In this document: piece after piece, positions 1 to 10,382 of the stretch
Position numbering within the stretch: position 1 is the first letter of the stretch
How the letters are laid out: every line of letters begins with the position of its first letter
From: a virus
Taxonomy: Duplodnaviria > Caudoviricetes
Virus record (IMG/VR): IMGVR_UViG_3300017761_007235
Coordinates: 1-32,102 of that record
Length of the DNA: 32,102 bases
Strand: one strand, 5' to 3'
Position numbers and translations under genes: made by a program
Notes under the pieces: generated by a model
What the model was told of the DNA's origin: nothing
The model's database searches: none
Seen by the model: only the letters and a program-made list of their open reading frames with translations

Positions 1-1719
1 GGTGTAATTGAAGGCTGTGCCTTTGATGGGGTCACTGAATACATAGCCATCTATGATCAAACATCTTTTACTAATTTTACTTTCTTGCAGTGCGCGCACA
101 CTGGCTTGTGCATCTTTAACTGGGCCTATCTTCTTGTACAAGCCATAATCATTGCCATACACATCACATTTGTATTGTACCAGTGTTTTGTCAACAAATG
201 GCAACAAAGTATATATTCTACTATCCAGAGGCAGAACTGTGTTGTCAATCAAAGGATAAACATCTGAATTGGCCCAATTGGTATTTTCAATGCCATCAAA
301 GAAAGCTTGTGGATCAATGTGTCTGGCCAATCCTTGACTGGAATAATTAAGGGATTGTTCTCTGCTCTGATATCCTCTGTAAGTGGGGAGCAAAGGGTCA
401 TTAATGGCTTCACCGTATTTGTAGCTGTTAGAATAGTCAGATTTTAGCACATTGCTGTTATCAACAAATGTGAGAGGAGAATATTGCTCTTGTTTTGTGC
501 CTCCAGACACTTTGCCATATTCATCAGGGTTTGGAAAAATGTACAAGCTGTTTGCAGATAAATTGCCTGTGCTCAGTGTGTAAGTGAAATTAAAATTACT
601 AAAATTGAGCAAGCCAATTTTGTCAGGTTTGAAGAACAGTCCAAGTGCTTTGCCAGGTGTTAAGAAGTCTTCACTGGGTACTGCTGCAACAGTAGGTGTG
701 TTTTTATTTAAATAGTTTGCAAATGGGCTGTCAGCTTGAAATAATAAGCCAGAAACAAAAGATGTTGCAGTGCTGCCAGTTGAGATGTAATAATAATCAG
801 TACCCATGTATTTGGTAGTAAGACTGATTTCAGTGTTTAAAGACAAATTGTCTGCATTCTCATTGTTGATGTTGTTTGTAAAATCGCTGTCTTTGAGATA
901 GTTTAATTGACTGCTGTTTGCATTAACATTAATAGTGAAATTATTAGTGCCTAATTCTATTAGATAAAATGGATATGATTTAATAGCATCAATAATTGCT
1001 TGATCAAAATCAATGAACAAGCTGGGCTTAATTTCATTTGTATTTGTATTGAAATATTCAGCTCTTATGCCATCTGCTGCATTGTATGCTGAAGCAGGCA
1101 GAGTGCCTAAGTCAGTGTAGTTGGGATATTGATCATAGTTTTCTTCCAGCTCCACTATGACATTGTTTCTTATTGTGGACACCGGAATGTTGAGTGTGGT
1201 GACCAAATCAATAAGATCCTGTTCTTCCAATGATCTTGAAATTTCATTGTAAATTAAACTTTCCAATCCATAGATACTGCCCTTGAGATTGTATTCAATG
1301 GCAGTGCTTTGTAACTTGTCTCTCAAAGAAGCATAATATACGCATATATCTTTGATCTTTTCAGCAAAAAATGGGACTGCAATTGCAAGATCTCTGGGAT
1401 TATTAGTATCTAGATTGCGCAAGAACCTTCGTTCATCCAATGATGTGTAGTTAATTATTATTTCATTCAGAAGATTTTTATACAAATCAGTGATTGAGAT
1501 TGTTTCAATTACTGGTACTAGATTCTTTCTTTCATACCAATTGTTTATGTAGTTTTTGTATCTTTGAAGCAAATCAGAAATGTTGGTAAATATGATTTTG
1601 TTGTATTCAATCCACCTTACAAATGAAAAAGGATGATCTTGATCCAGTACTAGTACGTCATTTTCATTGGATGTTATAGAATTTGGCAAACTCTCATCTA
1701 TAAATCTGTTGGTGGCCAT
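1..1719 (-). CDS. Large virion (baseplate/tail-associated) protein, 3' end outside window (>573 aa); missing from ORF track
   Basis: Manual translation from ATG 1719 (MATNRFIDESLPNSITSNENDVLVLDQDHPFSFVRWIEYN...) stays open to base 1; TAAATA 5 nt upstream; follows baseplate genes. Function inferred from position. Confidence 0.8.
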   Translation of the reverse strand, partial: MATNRFIDESLPNSITSNENDVLVLDQDHPFSFVRWIEYNKIIFTNISDLLQRYKNYINNWYERKNLVPVIETISITDLYKNLLNEIIINYTSLDERRFLRNLDTNNPRDLAIAVPFFAEKIKDICVYYASLRDKLQSTAIEYNLKGSIYGLESLIYNEISRSLEEQDLIDLVTTLNIPVSTIRNNVIVELEENYDQYPNYTDLGTLPASAYNAADGIRAEYFNTNTNEIKPSLFIDFDQAIIDAIKSYPFYLIELGTNNFTINVNANSSQLNYLKDSDFTNNINNENADNLSLNTEISLTTKYMGTDYYYISTGSTATSFVSGLLFQADSPFANYLNKNTPTVAAVPSEDFLTPGKALGLFFKPDKIGLLNFSNFNFTYTLSTGNLSANSLYIFPNPDEYGKVSGGTKQEQYSPLTFVDNSNVLKSDYSNSYKYGEAINDPLLPTYRGYQSREQSLNYSSQGLARHIDPQAFFDGIENTNWANSDVYPLIDNTVLPLDSRIYTLLPFVDKTLVQYKCDVYGNDYGLYKKIGPVKDAQASVRALQESKISKRCLIIDGYVFSDPIKGTAFNYT

Positions 1720-1724
1720 TCAAT

Positions 1725-1730
1725 TATTTA
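1725..1730 (-). promoter_or_regulatory. Late-type TAAATA box (overlaps upstream stop codon)
   Basis: TAAATA-N5-ATG(1719); resembles T4 late promoter TATAAATA. Confidence 0.65.
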
Positions 1731-2045
1731 ATTGTTATACTGTATGTTGGCTGCACTAGTAAACAATTTTAATCCTTTGGTTATTTCATAGCTCAATATA
1801 TTCTGCATGATACCGTCTGTTCCTGCCCAATCTTCATATCTCAAGGTACCAAAAAATTCAGGCTGCAAGTATGTCATGGGGTTTTCCCAATCAATGATAT
1901 TGTTGTAGAATGTATCTTCAGGAGCGTCTAGATAATCATAAAACTCATAAAAATTGTTTATTTCTACACCAGATACACTTCTTGGAGCAACCAACCCCCA
2001 TCCCCAATCGTAACTGTAAGTGCTCAATGGTCTGGTGTTGCTCAT
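1728..2045 (-). CDS. Hypothetical 105-aa protein, possibly the detached C-terminus of the 1735-aa baseplate protein
   Basis: Aromatic-rich ORF (YSYDWGWGLV, IIDWENP) with its own TAAATA-N5-ATG. Confidence 0.7.
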   Translation of the reverse strand: MSNTRPLSTYSYDWGWGLVAPRSVSGVEINNFYEFYDYLDAPEDTFYNNIIDWENPMTYLQPEFFGTLRYEDWAGTDGIMQNILSYEITKGLKLFTSAANIQYNN

Positions 2046-2050
2046 ATTAG

Positions 2051-2056
2051 TATTTA
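2051..2056 (-). promoter_or_regulatory. Late-type TAAATA box
   Basis: ATAAATA-N5-ATG(2045). Confidence 0.65.
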
Positions 2057-2137
2057 TCTATTGAAACTGATCTTCATATGCACAATATTGCACGCTATGC
2101 TAAAGTGTTTATGCAGCTGTAGCTTATAGGCTAAATT

Positions 2138-2743
2138 TTAAGTTAGTTCTTCTGTTTGTTTTAAATGTTTTTTAACTGTGGACAAAGGGCCTGCTATGTT
2201 CATTAGTTCACTAGGGGATGATGAATTAGAAGCTACACGGGCCCTATTCTCCAGTATTTTTCTGTAACTTTCCAATTGGTGAGTGTTGACATGTTGTGCA
2301 TCAAAAGATCCATCATTAACCTCAGCTTTGAGGGTGGACCACATTTGTATTTCTCTGACTCTGTCTTTGGCATTTTGTTGGGATTGTATTTTAAAAAACA
2401 CTATTTCATCAATATCAATTTGAATTTCTTCTTTTTCTAATTCATCTGTTGTTTGTAGTAATTTTCTTCTGAGTTTTTCTAGCTTGATCTCATGTCTTCT
2501 CATTTCAAAGCTCAATATGGCCAGTTGATCAAGCATCATGGTTTGTTCTCTTACAGCTTGCCAGTATTTGCTAGCATTTGTAGGGTGTTCACCATCATTT
2601 AAGACTGATATTCTTGCTTCAGTTTCAGTCCTAAATATTTGTCTTTTAAAATATGCATCTTTTAATTCTTCTGTGAGATGTTTTAGAGTATTTTGCTCTG
2701 CTTCATTGAGCGTGTTAAAAATAGGTATTAACTCTTTGTTCAT
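2138..2743 (-). CDS. Coiled-coil phage protein, putative fibre/adhesin assembly partner
   Basis: Helical, charged; motifs KRQIFRTETE, HPTNASKYWQAVREQ, DRVREIQMWS and DGSFD..VNTHQLESY resemble, from recall, a hypothetical family found beside Kelch-like fibre genes in aquatic phages (unverified). Confidence 0.65.
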   Translation of the reverse strand: MNKELIPIFNTLNEAEQNTLKHLTEELKDAYFKRQIFRTETEARISVLNDGEHPTNASKYWQAVREQTMMLDQLAILSFEMRRHEIKLEKLRRKLLQTTDELEKEEIQIDIDEIVFFKIQSQQNAKDRVREIQMWSTLKAEVNDGSFDAQHVNTHQLESYRKILENRARVASNSSSPSELMNIAGPLSTVKKHLKQTEELT

Positions 2744-2749
2744 TAAAGA

Positions 2750-2755
2750 TATTTA
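2750..2755 (-). promoter_or_regulatory. Late-type TAAATA box
   Basis: TAAATA-N6-ATG(2743). Confidence 0.6.
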
Positions 2756-2776
2756 ATATTTTTTTAAAAATATCAA

Positions 2777-5700
2777 TTAGCTGTTAGTCCAATATTTTTC
2801 TGTAGTTAAAGATACAGTAGGAGAGGCAGTTGACCCGGTAACTCCTCCAGCAGACCAAGCTGCATTAGATGCAGCATTGCTTCCAAACTGACCTGTTGCT
2901 CTTGTGGTGAGCATGTTATCTCTGGTTGACCATGCAGTGCCATTGAATGCAAAAGTGGTATTATAAAAAGTAGTACCATCGTTCTGTGAAAATACTAAAG
3001 CATCATCCTGTGTACCGGTACCACCAGTCTGACGGGTAAATGATGTAGCTGTTGAAGTAGACCAAGTAGCCCCATTGTACTTTTCAACAGTATTTACCCC
3101 AAATGATGGGGCACTTCCAGTGCCTGTTGCACCTCCCACAACTAATCCTGAGCTAGAAGATGCACCAATGCCTACGTGTCTTTGTCTGGCTATATTCATA
3201 TTACCAGAAGATGCCCAAACAGTTCCATTCCATTTGATTGACTGTCCGTATATTGATGGTGTATCTGTGCCTCCACACCACACAGCATCAGAACTACTTG
3301 GACCAAATGCTGCAGCGTTATATCTATATGTTGGAGCCCACGTGGTACTTGTACTACCATTCCATGTAATTCCATTGTAACGTGAAATGCTCTCTTGAGG
3401 ATAATTTGAAGGTGCTTGGTAGAGCAGACCTGTACCATAAATGGCAGATGTAGATGTTCCGCACCCTGTGGATGTTATTAAGTTGTACACATTATTGGCA
3501 CCATTGGACCATGTGTTTATAATACCATTGTAAAGTTCAGTAGACGCTAAGTAAGTCTGATTACCTGAAGACAAATCACTACCACCAGTCTGCATGCCAG
3601 CTTGTAATGTACCAAATCCAGCTCCGCGTCTTCTAAAACCGTTCATATTAGCTGAAATTCTCCAGGTCAATGGACCGGGTGTGGGTGTGGGTGTGGATGT
3701 GATAGTGGGTGTGGGGGTGGGTGTGCCTGTAATAGTGGGTGTAGGTGTCGGTGTTCTGGTGGGTGTATGTGTAGGTGTAACGGTAGGTGTTGCTGTAGGT
3801 GGTAAATTAGTGGGTGTGGGCGTGGGTGTTATAGTGGGCGTGGGTGTTATGGTAGGCGTGGGTGTTATGGTGGGTGTTGGTGTAACTGTAATGGTGGGTG
3901 TTGGAGTGGGTGTTCTGGTAATAGTTGGGGTTGGCGTGGGTGTATTAGTTACAGTTGGAGTATTGGTAATAGTGGGTGTGGGTGTCGGTGTAAAGGTGGG
4001 TTGACCAGTTGGTGTTACAGTGGGTGTGGGTGTTACAGTGGGTGTGGGTGTGATAGTAGGAGTGTTTGTTATTGTTGGAGTGGGGGTGGGTGTAGGTGTT
4101 ACGGTGGGTGTGGGTGTTACGGTGGGTGTGGGTGTTATAGTGGGTGTTGGTGTAGGTGTAGGTGTATTAGTTATAGTAGGGGTGGGTGTGGGTGTAATAG
4201 TAGGTGTCGGGGTTGGTGCCGGGGTAGGAGCAGTATTACTACTCAATATGTTGACCAAAGCAGAACCTGTTGTATAATAGAATATGGAAAAATAATTGGA
4301 TGGAGCAGATGATAATGTTGCAGCAGTAGTAACATAGATTGGGTTAACGGTTAAATCTACGTTATTGAAATTGTATCCAGAAAGATAACAGTTGCCAAAG
4401 TTAGTTACATCAAAATTATTTTTAATAGCACAATAATCTGTTAAATTAAACCCAATAATAAAATCTGTAACTGCATTATCTACATTGAGGTTTATGTTGC
4501 TTGCAGCAGGTATAACAATCTGTCCATTAGCGGTAACTGTAACCACAGGTATGGGTGTGGGTGTGGGTGTGGGTGTCTGGGTTATAGTCGGTGTAGGTGT
4601 TATAGTTGGTGTCACTGTGGGTGTGCCGGTTGGTGTCACTGTGGGTGTTGGGGTGGGTGTAAAGGTTGGGCCGCCTATAGGTGTTTGCGTAGGTGTCGGG
4701 GTTATAGTTGGGGTTGGGGTAGGTGTAAAGGTTGGGCCGCCTATAGGTGTTTGCGTAGGTGTCGGGGTTATAGTTGGGGTTGGGGTGATAGTGGGTGTTG
4801 GTGTAGGAGTTAAAGTTAGTGTAGGAGTAGGGGTAGGAGTAGGAAATATGTTTGTATTAACTAATGTGTAGGTATTGGAGAATTTTTCATATGCAATTAC
4901 AGGTTGACCTGATGTTATGACACCAGATATGGGTGAAATCTGATTGCCTAAATTACGACCTATATCAGGATTAACAGTAAATTTCTTATTAAAGTCTCTA
5001 TTGTATTTGTTTTGATTTCCATACAATACGCGTTGCTTGATACTGAGCATATCCACCAACCGTCTGAGCTGTGGTGGGTAGGGGTAGTTGTATTGTTCAA
5101 ATTGAACACCTAATTCACTACAGAAAGAGAGCAATTGATACAAATTACATTTACCAACATCTGAAATATTAGATGTAAAGTTGGCTATCTTTTCATACAC
5201 AGTCTTGCCAAGTTCGTATGGTTGTGCGCTAAGATTGCCAACAATTGAGCCTAAAAATTCATCAAAAAATACAGTTTTGTCAAGCAATACTTCTTGGTAT
5301 CTTAAATTATTATAAAATGAGCTTGCATCAAAATCTTCATTTATTTTTTGTATATTATAAGCGCCAGCATCATTGAATATATTGAATGTATTTGATTCAC
5401 CAGATACATATCTGGTAACAGTGTATGGTACCATGTATTTGTTGATCCATCTTGCGCCATTCCAATCACCATATGCTTGAAACAATTTATCAGTAAATGC
5501 AGATACTGGATTTGACAGATCGTTATCTTGGGGAAATGTCAAATCTAGGTATGTACTAGCAGAAACAGATGGTGTAGAGCCTGGTAGTACATCAAAGTAA
5601 TAAAGCTTGTTGTCAAGATTGTTAATAACCCAGAGATAATCGCTTGTGTCTCCAGCTATACCACCAATGTCACATATGTAGTTGGTACCGTTAAATCCGC

Positions 5701-7984
5701 TTCCTGCAATAAAGTTAGTAGTCTGAGCAGTTTCAGCATCAATCTTTGTAATTGTGTTGGTTGAATTAGAAACATAAGCATTTTGATTGCCGTCCACAGT
5801 TATGTTACCTACAAGTTTAAATCCGCCTATTGGGTATCCTGGTACGAGAACACCGAACCTATCATATTTGAATACAAAATCATTTCTGTTGTTAATATCA
5901 GGTGGGGAAACAACATTATTAAGTGCAGTGACCCATACAAATTGATCTCTGTCAACCACTATTTCAACAGGTGAAACTAGAGGAGCCAAAGGAACTGCTG
6001 TAAGAATATTACCATATGTGTTGTATTTTACAAGAAAGTTGGATACAGGGTGTGTATAAGCAACCCACAGATTATCTTCATAATCAGTATCAATAGAAGC
6101 AGGCAACAGAGAGTTTTCACCTGCAAATCCAGATAACTCAGGCAAGGTGTATGCAGAGCTTAATACATACACTGCATTTACAAGATCTGGAAAGGCAATA
6201 GACATCACATTGCCAGTGTTACAGTTAATCTTAATGCATGAAACAGTATCAAACAGAGATATCCAAATATTACTGTTACCATCTAGAGCAATACTGTTTG
6301 GAGCTGAGCTAGACAATTGAGTAGATCTTAAATCACGGTATTCGACTCCCGCAGGTGTTTCAACGGGGTAAGAAGATAGAGCAAAAGCAGAAAGTATATT
6401 ACCAAAAATATCAATTTTATATATTTTATCCACAGCACCATCACCAACCCAGGATTGATAATCATTACCTCTACCAGCACCAGAAGGTGCAACAGCTAAA
6501 CAATATGAGTTTGGACTGTTTGGAGTATTGAAATCATTTATTTTACCAGACAAAGTAAAAGTAGCAGTGTCATAGCAGTAATTATAAATGTTGGTTCTAA
6601 AAATTCTTTTAATGTATTTAAAATCTGGCTGACATATCCACCCAAGCAAACTGTCTTTAGGAAAGTTTACTGGATCGATAATATACATACCAGCAGTCAA
6701 TTTGCATGTGTAGTGATCAGATTGAGCAATAAAATATCCTTTATAAAACGCTCCAATGCTTTGTGGTGCTTCAGTAGGAAAATCATTATAATACAATGTA
6801 TCAGTGGTGCGTAAATAACCGTTGCCGTCAAATTTAACTAAATCTATCTGCAGATCAAACGTTGATGTGGTTGGTGTGAATGCATCAATAAAGGAACAAG
6901 AAAGAGGAGGATATGTTCTTGTTGTATATCCTTCATTGTCTTTTAGTTTTATGACAAAAGGAATTTCAGTGTTTTGCCAACTAATACTAGGGAGTTGAAA
7001 TCTGGAAGTTGATAATGGCCCTTCACCATCAATACCATTAGTAGTAATGGAGAGTTTTGCTGCTGGGTTGTGTCTTATCTTGACTATAGGTTGAACTGCA
7101 GTTTTAATTGATTGAAATCCTTCAGGTGGCTTGGGAATATACTCATAAAGGTTGTTTGCATAAGTGAAGCTATCATTGTACTCTGCATTATCAGGTGTAG
7201 CAAAAATAAAGACTGGAGCATCTCTGGTAGTAAAGTTTTTAGTACGATCATCAACATAGTAAATCTCTGCATAACCTGATGTGCCAGCAAATACACTGCC
7301 TTCATCCTCTTTGTTGCACCTTTGCAATTGGTTGTTGTTAATTCTGGCATAAATTTCAGTATCAACTGTGCTGACCCTATCCACAATTGTGTAGCTTAAA
7401 TTATTATTAAGATTTTCCTGAATATAAAAACGAGACAATGACCTCAAGTGTGCCCATTTGTCGTTATAATAAGTCTGAGCATTAATATAATTACCTAATG
7501 CACCAGATGCATAGAGATTAATTGTAAAATTATTGCCAGTGAGTGAATTTAATGTCTGGTAGCTGTTTGTTCTTTGTATGACTAATGGATCTATGATCTT
7601 ACTGGCAGGCACATCATATATGAATTTACCATAGTTTTGAAAATTTATATCATCAGCGACAAAATTAAAAATTCTAATTGTAGGCACATAGAGATTATTG
7701 TATGCATTGCCTTGATTGTCAAAAAATGTGAGTTGAACTCTGTATGTTCCTGGCCATTTGTAATGATGGGTAGCGGTTAAGTCTGTAGATGTTGTTCCAT
7801 CACCAAAATCCCAGAGGATATATTTGTTTGAAGGAGCTCCTGCAGATGAAAGCAGTGCTGCAGTTGTAAAGTCAGGTATAAATGTGAGGGGTGTTATATC
7901 TAAAGAATATGTTGATAAAGCTTCAGTGTTTGAAAAGTCTTTTACCTGAAATTTAAGAAAAGAAAACAGATTTGGAGTAGCCAT
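2777..7984 (-). CDS. Multidomain baseplate/adhesin protein (gp7 position): PKD, NHL/Vgb-type beta-propeller, two Pro/Thr-rich linkers, C-terminal Kelch-like propeller
   Basis: PKD motif [23 protein letters not shown]; blades [52 protein letters not shown]; six C-terminal W..x.M...R.....G......GG-type repeats; start overlaps gp6 stop (TAATG). Confidence 0.75.
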   Translation of the reverse strand: MATPNLFSFLKFQVKDFSNTEALSTYSLDITPLTFIPDFTTAALLSSAGAPSNKYILWDFGDGTTSTDLTATHHYKWPGTYRVQLTFFDNQGNAYNNLYVPTIRIFNFVADDINFQNYGKFIYDVPASKIIDPLVIQRTNSYQTLNSLTGNNFTINLYASGALGNYINAQTYYNDKWAHLRSLSRFYIQENLNNNLSYTIVDRVSTVDTEIYARINNNQLQRCNKEDEGSVFAGTSGYAEIYYVDDRTKNFTTRDAPVFIFATPDNAEYNDSFTYANNLYEYIPKPPEGFQSIKTAVQPIVKIRHNPAAKLSITTNGIDGEGPLSTSRFQLPSISWQNTEIPFVIKLKDNEGYTTRTYPPLSCSFIDAFTPTTSTFDLQIDLVKFDGNGYLRTTDTLYYNDFPTEAPQSIGAFYKGYFIAQSDHYTCKLTAGMYIIDPVNFPKDSLLGWICQPDFKYIKRIFRTNIYNYCYDTATFTLSGKINDFNTPNSPNSYCLAVAPSGAGRGNDYQSWVGDGAVDKIYKIDIFGNILSAFALSSYPVETPAGVEYRDLRSTQLSSSAPNSIALDGNSNIWISLFDTVSCIKINCNTGNVMSIAFPDLVNAVYVLSSAYTLPELSGFAGENSLLPASIDTDYEDNLWVAYTHPVSNFLVKYNTYGNILTAVPLAPLVSPVEIVVDRDQFVWVTALNNVVSPPDINNRNDFVFKYDRFGVLVPGYPIGGFKLVGNITVDGNQNAYVSNSTNTITKIDAETAQTTNFIAGSGFNGTNYICDIGGIAGDTSDYLWVINNLDNKLYYFDVLPGSTPSVSASTYLDLTFPQDNDLSNPVSAFTDKLFQAYGDWNGARWINKYMVPYTVTRYVSGESNTFNIFNDAGAYNIQKINEDFDASSFYNNLRYQEVLLDKTVFFDEFLGSIVGNLSAQPYELGKTVYEKIANFTSNISDVGKCNLYQLLSFCSELGVQFEQYNYPYPPQLRRLVDMLSIKQRVLYGNQNKYNRDFNKKFTVNPDIGRNLGNQISPISGVITSGQPVIAYEKFSNTYTLVNTNIFPTPTPTPTLTLTPTPTPTITPTPTITPTPTQTPIGGPTFTPTPTPTITPTPTQTPIGGPTFTPTPTPTVTPTGTPTVTPTITPTPTITQTPTPTPTPIPVVTVTANGQIVIPAASNINLNVDNAVTDFIIGFNLTDYCAIKNNFDVTNFGNCYLSGYNFNNVDLTVNPIYVTTAATLSSAPSNYFSIFYYTTGSALVNILSSNTAPTPAPTPTPTITPTPTPTITNTPTPTPTPTITPTPTVTPTPTVTPTPTPTPTITNTPTITPTPTVTPTPTVTPTGQPTFTPTPTPTITNTPTVTNTPTPTPTITRTPTPTPTITVTPTPTITPTPTITPTPTITPTPTPTNLPPTATPTVTPTHTPTRTPTPTPTITGTPTPTPTITSTPTPTPGPLTWRISANMNGFRRRGAGFGTLQAGMQTGGSDLSSGNQTYLASTELYNGIINTWSNGANNVYNLITSTGCGTSTSAIYGTGLLYQAPSNYPQESISRYNGITWNGSTSTTWAPTYRYNAAAFGPSSSDAVWCGGTDTPSIYGQSIKWNGTVWASSGNMNIARQRHVGIGASSSSGLVVGGATGTGSAPSFGVNTVEKYNGATWSTSTATSFTRQTGGTGTQDDALVFSQNDGTTFYNTTFAFNGTAWSTRDNMLTTRATGQFGSNAASNAAWSAGGVTGSTASPTVSLTTEKYWTNS
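3671..4228 (-). repeat. Pro/Thr low-complexity coding repeat 2 (~186 codons)
   Basis: (PT)n/[12 protein letters not shown] array; G/T-rich on + strand. Confidence 0.95.
4547..4843 (-). repeat. Pro/Thr low-complexity coding repeat 1 (~99 codons)
   Basis: (PT)n array beginning abruptly after ...LVNTNIF. Confidence 0.95.
4656..4786. repeat. Perfect tandem duplication, 66-bp period
   Basis: 4656-4720 is identical to 4722-4786 (encodes [22 protein letters not shown] twice). Confidence 0.9.
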
Positions 7985-9840
7985 TAGAACTCTCTCTCAA
8001 GAAGTTGCAATGATGGCGTGATGACCTGTATTTTATCAATAAAATTAGTTGGATTGTTTAGATAAGGAAATTTAAAGAAAGGCAGTTGTGTGTCTTGTGA
8101 GATAATGCGTATATCTGCATAGGGATACACAGGATTAAAAGCTAGAAAATTTATCCCAGGGGTTGTATTTGTTGTAGTGCCATTTATTCTTATAGTTTTT
8201 ACATCTATTATGCCTTCAATTGCATTAATTTCATTGGAAAGGTCGGTTAAGGATATAAGTTTACCCAGGTTATCTTTTGTAGTGGCAAAATAATTTGTAA
8301 TAATACTAGCAACTTGCTTTCTTATTGTTTCAGGGTTTCTTTTTGATGTAATGTTTCTTGTTATTTCAAGGTAGCAGCTATCTGCAATTTGAGGTGTTAG
8401 TTCTTCATTGCCTAATCTTAGCCCTAGATCAAACTGAACATATACTGGATCATTAAATACAATTTCAGCTGTTGCTAGCTTGGTTCTATTTACATTATTT
8501 ATGATAAGATTTTTCTGTGCAGTGTTAATATAATTTGCTCTTGTAGAAATTGATGTTATCTTTTCAAGCTTCGGTACTGAGTACACATATATGTTATTAA
8601 AATTACAAGAATCAGCAAACTTAACTTGGTTAAATAATACTCGCGACTCTAGACTGGGTTTGCTTACACCCAGATCATAGAAATATTTGATATGTTGACT
8701 CAAGTAATCCCAATTATTGACAACTTTTACTGATGCAAGAATGTTGCTATAATTTTTAAGAATATAATTTTGAAAATCTTCTGTTGTAACTAATCTATAT
8801 TGACTCTTGAAAGTATTTGTAGCATTGGCTTTTATGTTTGTTACTGATTCAGCAGTAATGAACTTAGTGGATGGGTCTGGGTTTTCAAAGCTTAGCTGAT
8901 TTAAATCTCTTTGTTCTAAGAGTCTAAGATTTGCTGGAGTTGTATCATTTTTAATTTGAGAGAATCTAACTGGATTGTATATGAAAGGGGTATTGCCATT
9001 TATAGTATTGGGGCCTACTTGACCTGGTGTACCTGATGAATTGATATAATAGATGGCCACTTCATCTCCTGTGTTGAGCTGCTTGCCATTTACATTATTA
9101 CCAAATTTTACTTCATACCTACCATCTTCATTGAGACGTATTTCATATGCTTGTGCATTAGATCTTTCCAAGAATAATGATTGTGTTGATTCCCACTTGG
9201 CCCATTTGGGTGTTTGAGCTGTATTGTCTTTTACATACACATCAATATTAAAATGATCAATAATAATGTTGTTGTTATTGTTGTCGACAATTACCATGAC
9301 AATGCTTTCAAGTGGCTCACCAATGGCAACATATGTTGGATATTCTGTGTAACTGCCTTGATACAATAAATTTTGGTCACTAAACACAGACAAATATTCT
9401 GTACCAGAAGTGGATTTGGTGAATGTCAGGTCATTATTGAAGCTGTACACAGATCCATTGATTGTAAAGTATGTGTAGCGTGGTACTGTGTATGTACCAG
9501 CTGCAAGCTGATTGTTTGCATATGCTTTGAAGGGTAGGATAGATGTTTGAAAGCCTACAGGATTATAACCTAGTAGCTTTACAATTTTATTAATATTTTC
9601 ATAGACTGTTGCAGTACTGAAAGTACTTTCAGCAGCAGTCTGATTGAGATAAAAAAGCAACACATTGTATGCATAGGCTATAATATCAATAACAGCAGAA
9701 ATATTACTTCCTTCGAAATTTTGATCTGTAAAAACTGTGTTGCTGTTCAAGCGCTTTATAATTAAGCTCTTGAGAGACAAAGCATCAAACGCAGCATAAT
9801 TATCTGTGTTCAAGTTAGAGTCATTGTTTAGATTGGCCAT
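7984..9840 (-). CDS. gp6: Baseplate wedge subunit, T4 gp6-like
   Basis: [49 protein letters not shown] motifs; directly after gp25. Confidence 0.9.
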   Translation of the reverse strand: MANLNNDSNLNTDNYAAFDALSLKSLIIKRLNSNTVFTDQNFEGSNISAVIDIIAYAYNVLLFYLNQTAAESTFSTATVYENINKIVKLLGYNPVGFQTSILPFKAYANNQLAAGTYTVPRYTYFTINGSVYSFNNDLTFTKSTSGTEYLSVFSDQNLLYQGSYTEYPTYVAIGEPLESIVMVIVDNNNNNIIIDHFNIDVYVKDNTAQTPKWAKWESTQSLFLERSNAQAYEIRLNEDGRYEVKFGNNVNGKQLNTGDEVAIYYINSSGTPGQVGPNTINGNTPFIYNPVRFSQIKNDTTPANLRLLEQRDLNQLSFENPDPSTKFITAESVTNIKANATNTFKSQYRLVTTEDFQNYILKNYSNILASVKVVNNWDYLSQHIKYFYDLGVSKPSLESRVLFNQVKFADSCNFNNIYVYSVPKLEKITSISTRANYINTAQKNLIINNVNRTKLATAEIVFNDPVYVQFDLGLRLGNEELTPQIADSCYLEITRNITSKRNPETIRKQVASIITNYFATTKDNLGKLISLTDLSNEINAIEGIIDVKTIRINGTTTNTTPGINFLAFNPVYPYADIRIISQDTQLPFFKFPYLNNPTNFIDKIQVITPSLQLLEREF

Positions 9841-9842
9841 GT

Positions 9843-10322
9843 TTAATTATTTAAAAAGAAACCTGAGTTACTCAAGGTTCCTACTAGTTGAAATGATTTA
9901 TTATTTATTTGAGGTATGTTGAGGTTTAACGCTATAACATACTGTTGCTTGTCCACGCTAAAACCGACATTTAAATGACGTATTTTGAGTCTAGGTTCAA
10001 AAGTTGCTATGCCTTGTGTGATATCATTAGCTATGGTTGTCGCAACATCTTCGTTCACAGGTTCAAACAGATATTTTGCCAAGTTGAGACCAAAAAATGG
10101 ATTTAGTAGCTTCTGGCCGGGTATTGTGGTGAACAGGTTAACAATGCTATTTTTCAATGCATCATAGTCTAGACTGTTGACTGAGTCTTTTATTTCTTTA
10201 TCTTTAAGTAATTCGTTATTTACTGTGTAATCAAAGGTTAAATCTAGTTTTAAATCAGAGTATGTGAATCCTGAGTTATTTACAGTTTTAGGTGTCAGTG
10301 TATTAATCCGTAAATTACCCAT
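9843..10322 (-). CDS. gp25: Baseplate wedge subunit, T4 gp25-like
   Basis: YSDLKLD, ALKNSIVNLFTTIPGQKLLNPFFG..L..YLFEP, FEPR motifs. Confidence 0.92.
   Translation of the reverse strand: MGNLRINTLTPKTVNNSGFTYSDLKLDLTFDYTVNNELLKDKEIKDSVNSLDYDALKNSIVNLFTTIPGQKLLNPFFGLNLAKYLFEPVNEDVATTIANDITQGIATFEPRLKIRHLNVGFSVDKQQYVIALNLNIPQINNKSFQLVGTLSNSGFFLNN
9848..9853 (-). promoter_or_regulatory. Late-type TAAATA box inside last codons of gp25
   Basis: TTA AAT AAT TAA (L-N-N-stop); 7 nt to gp6 ATG 9840. Confidence 0.5.
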
Positions 10323-10327
10323 ATTAT

Positions 10328-10333
10328 TATTTA
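10328..10333 (-). promoter_or_regulatory. Late-type TAAATA box
   Basis: ATAAATA-N5-ATG(10322). Confidence 0.65.
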
Positions 10334-10370
10334 TGAAAAAAATAAAGAAGGAATAATAAGCTTGTTGAAA

Positions 10371-10376
10371 TAAATA
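10371..10376 (+). promoter_or_regulatory. Late-type TAAATA box
   Basis: ATAAATA-N6-ATG(10383). Confidence 0.65.
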
Positions 10377-10382
10377 CTTTAA

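Noticed and set aside
85-267. 60-aa plus-strand ORF and other short ORF-track entries nested in long genes
   Set aside because: They lie antisense or out of frame within better-supported CDSs.
3671-4843. Repeat arrays as CRISPR, DGR or telomere-like elements
   Set aside because: In-frame 6-nt-based coding periodicity; no spacers, no TR/VR pair with adenine-specific differences seen, no reverse transcriptase or cas genes in the window.
3594-4871. Plus-strand VGVGV- and GC-rich ORFs (3594-4004, 4001-4312, 4020-4277, 4485-4871)
   Set aside because: Antisense shadows of the Pro/Thr repeats; no promoter box or start context.
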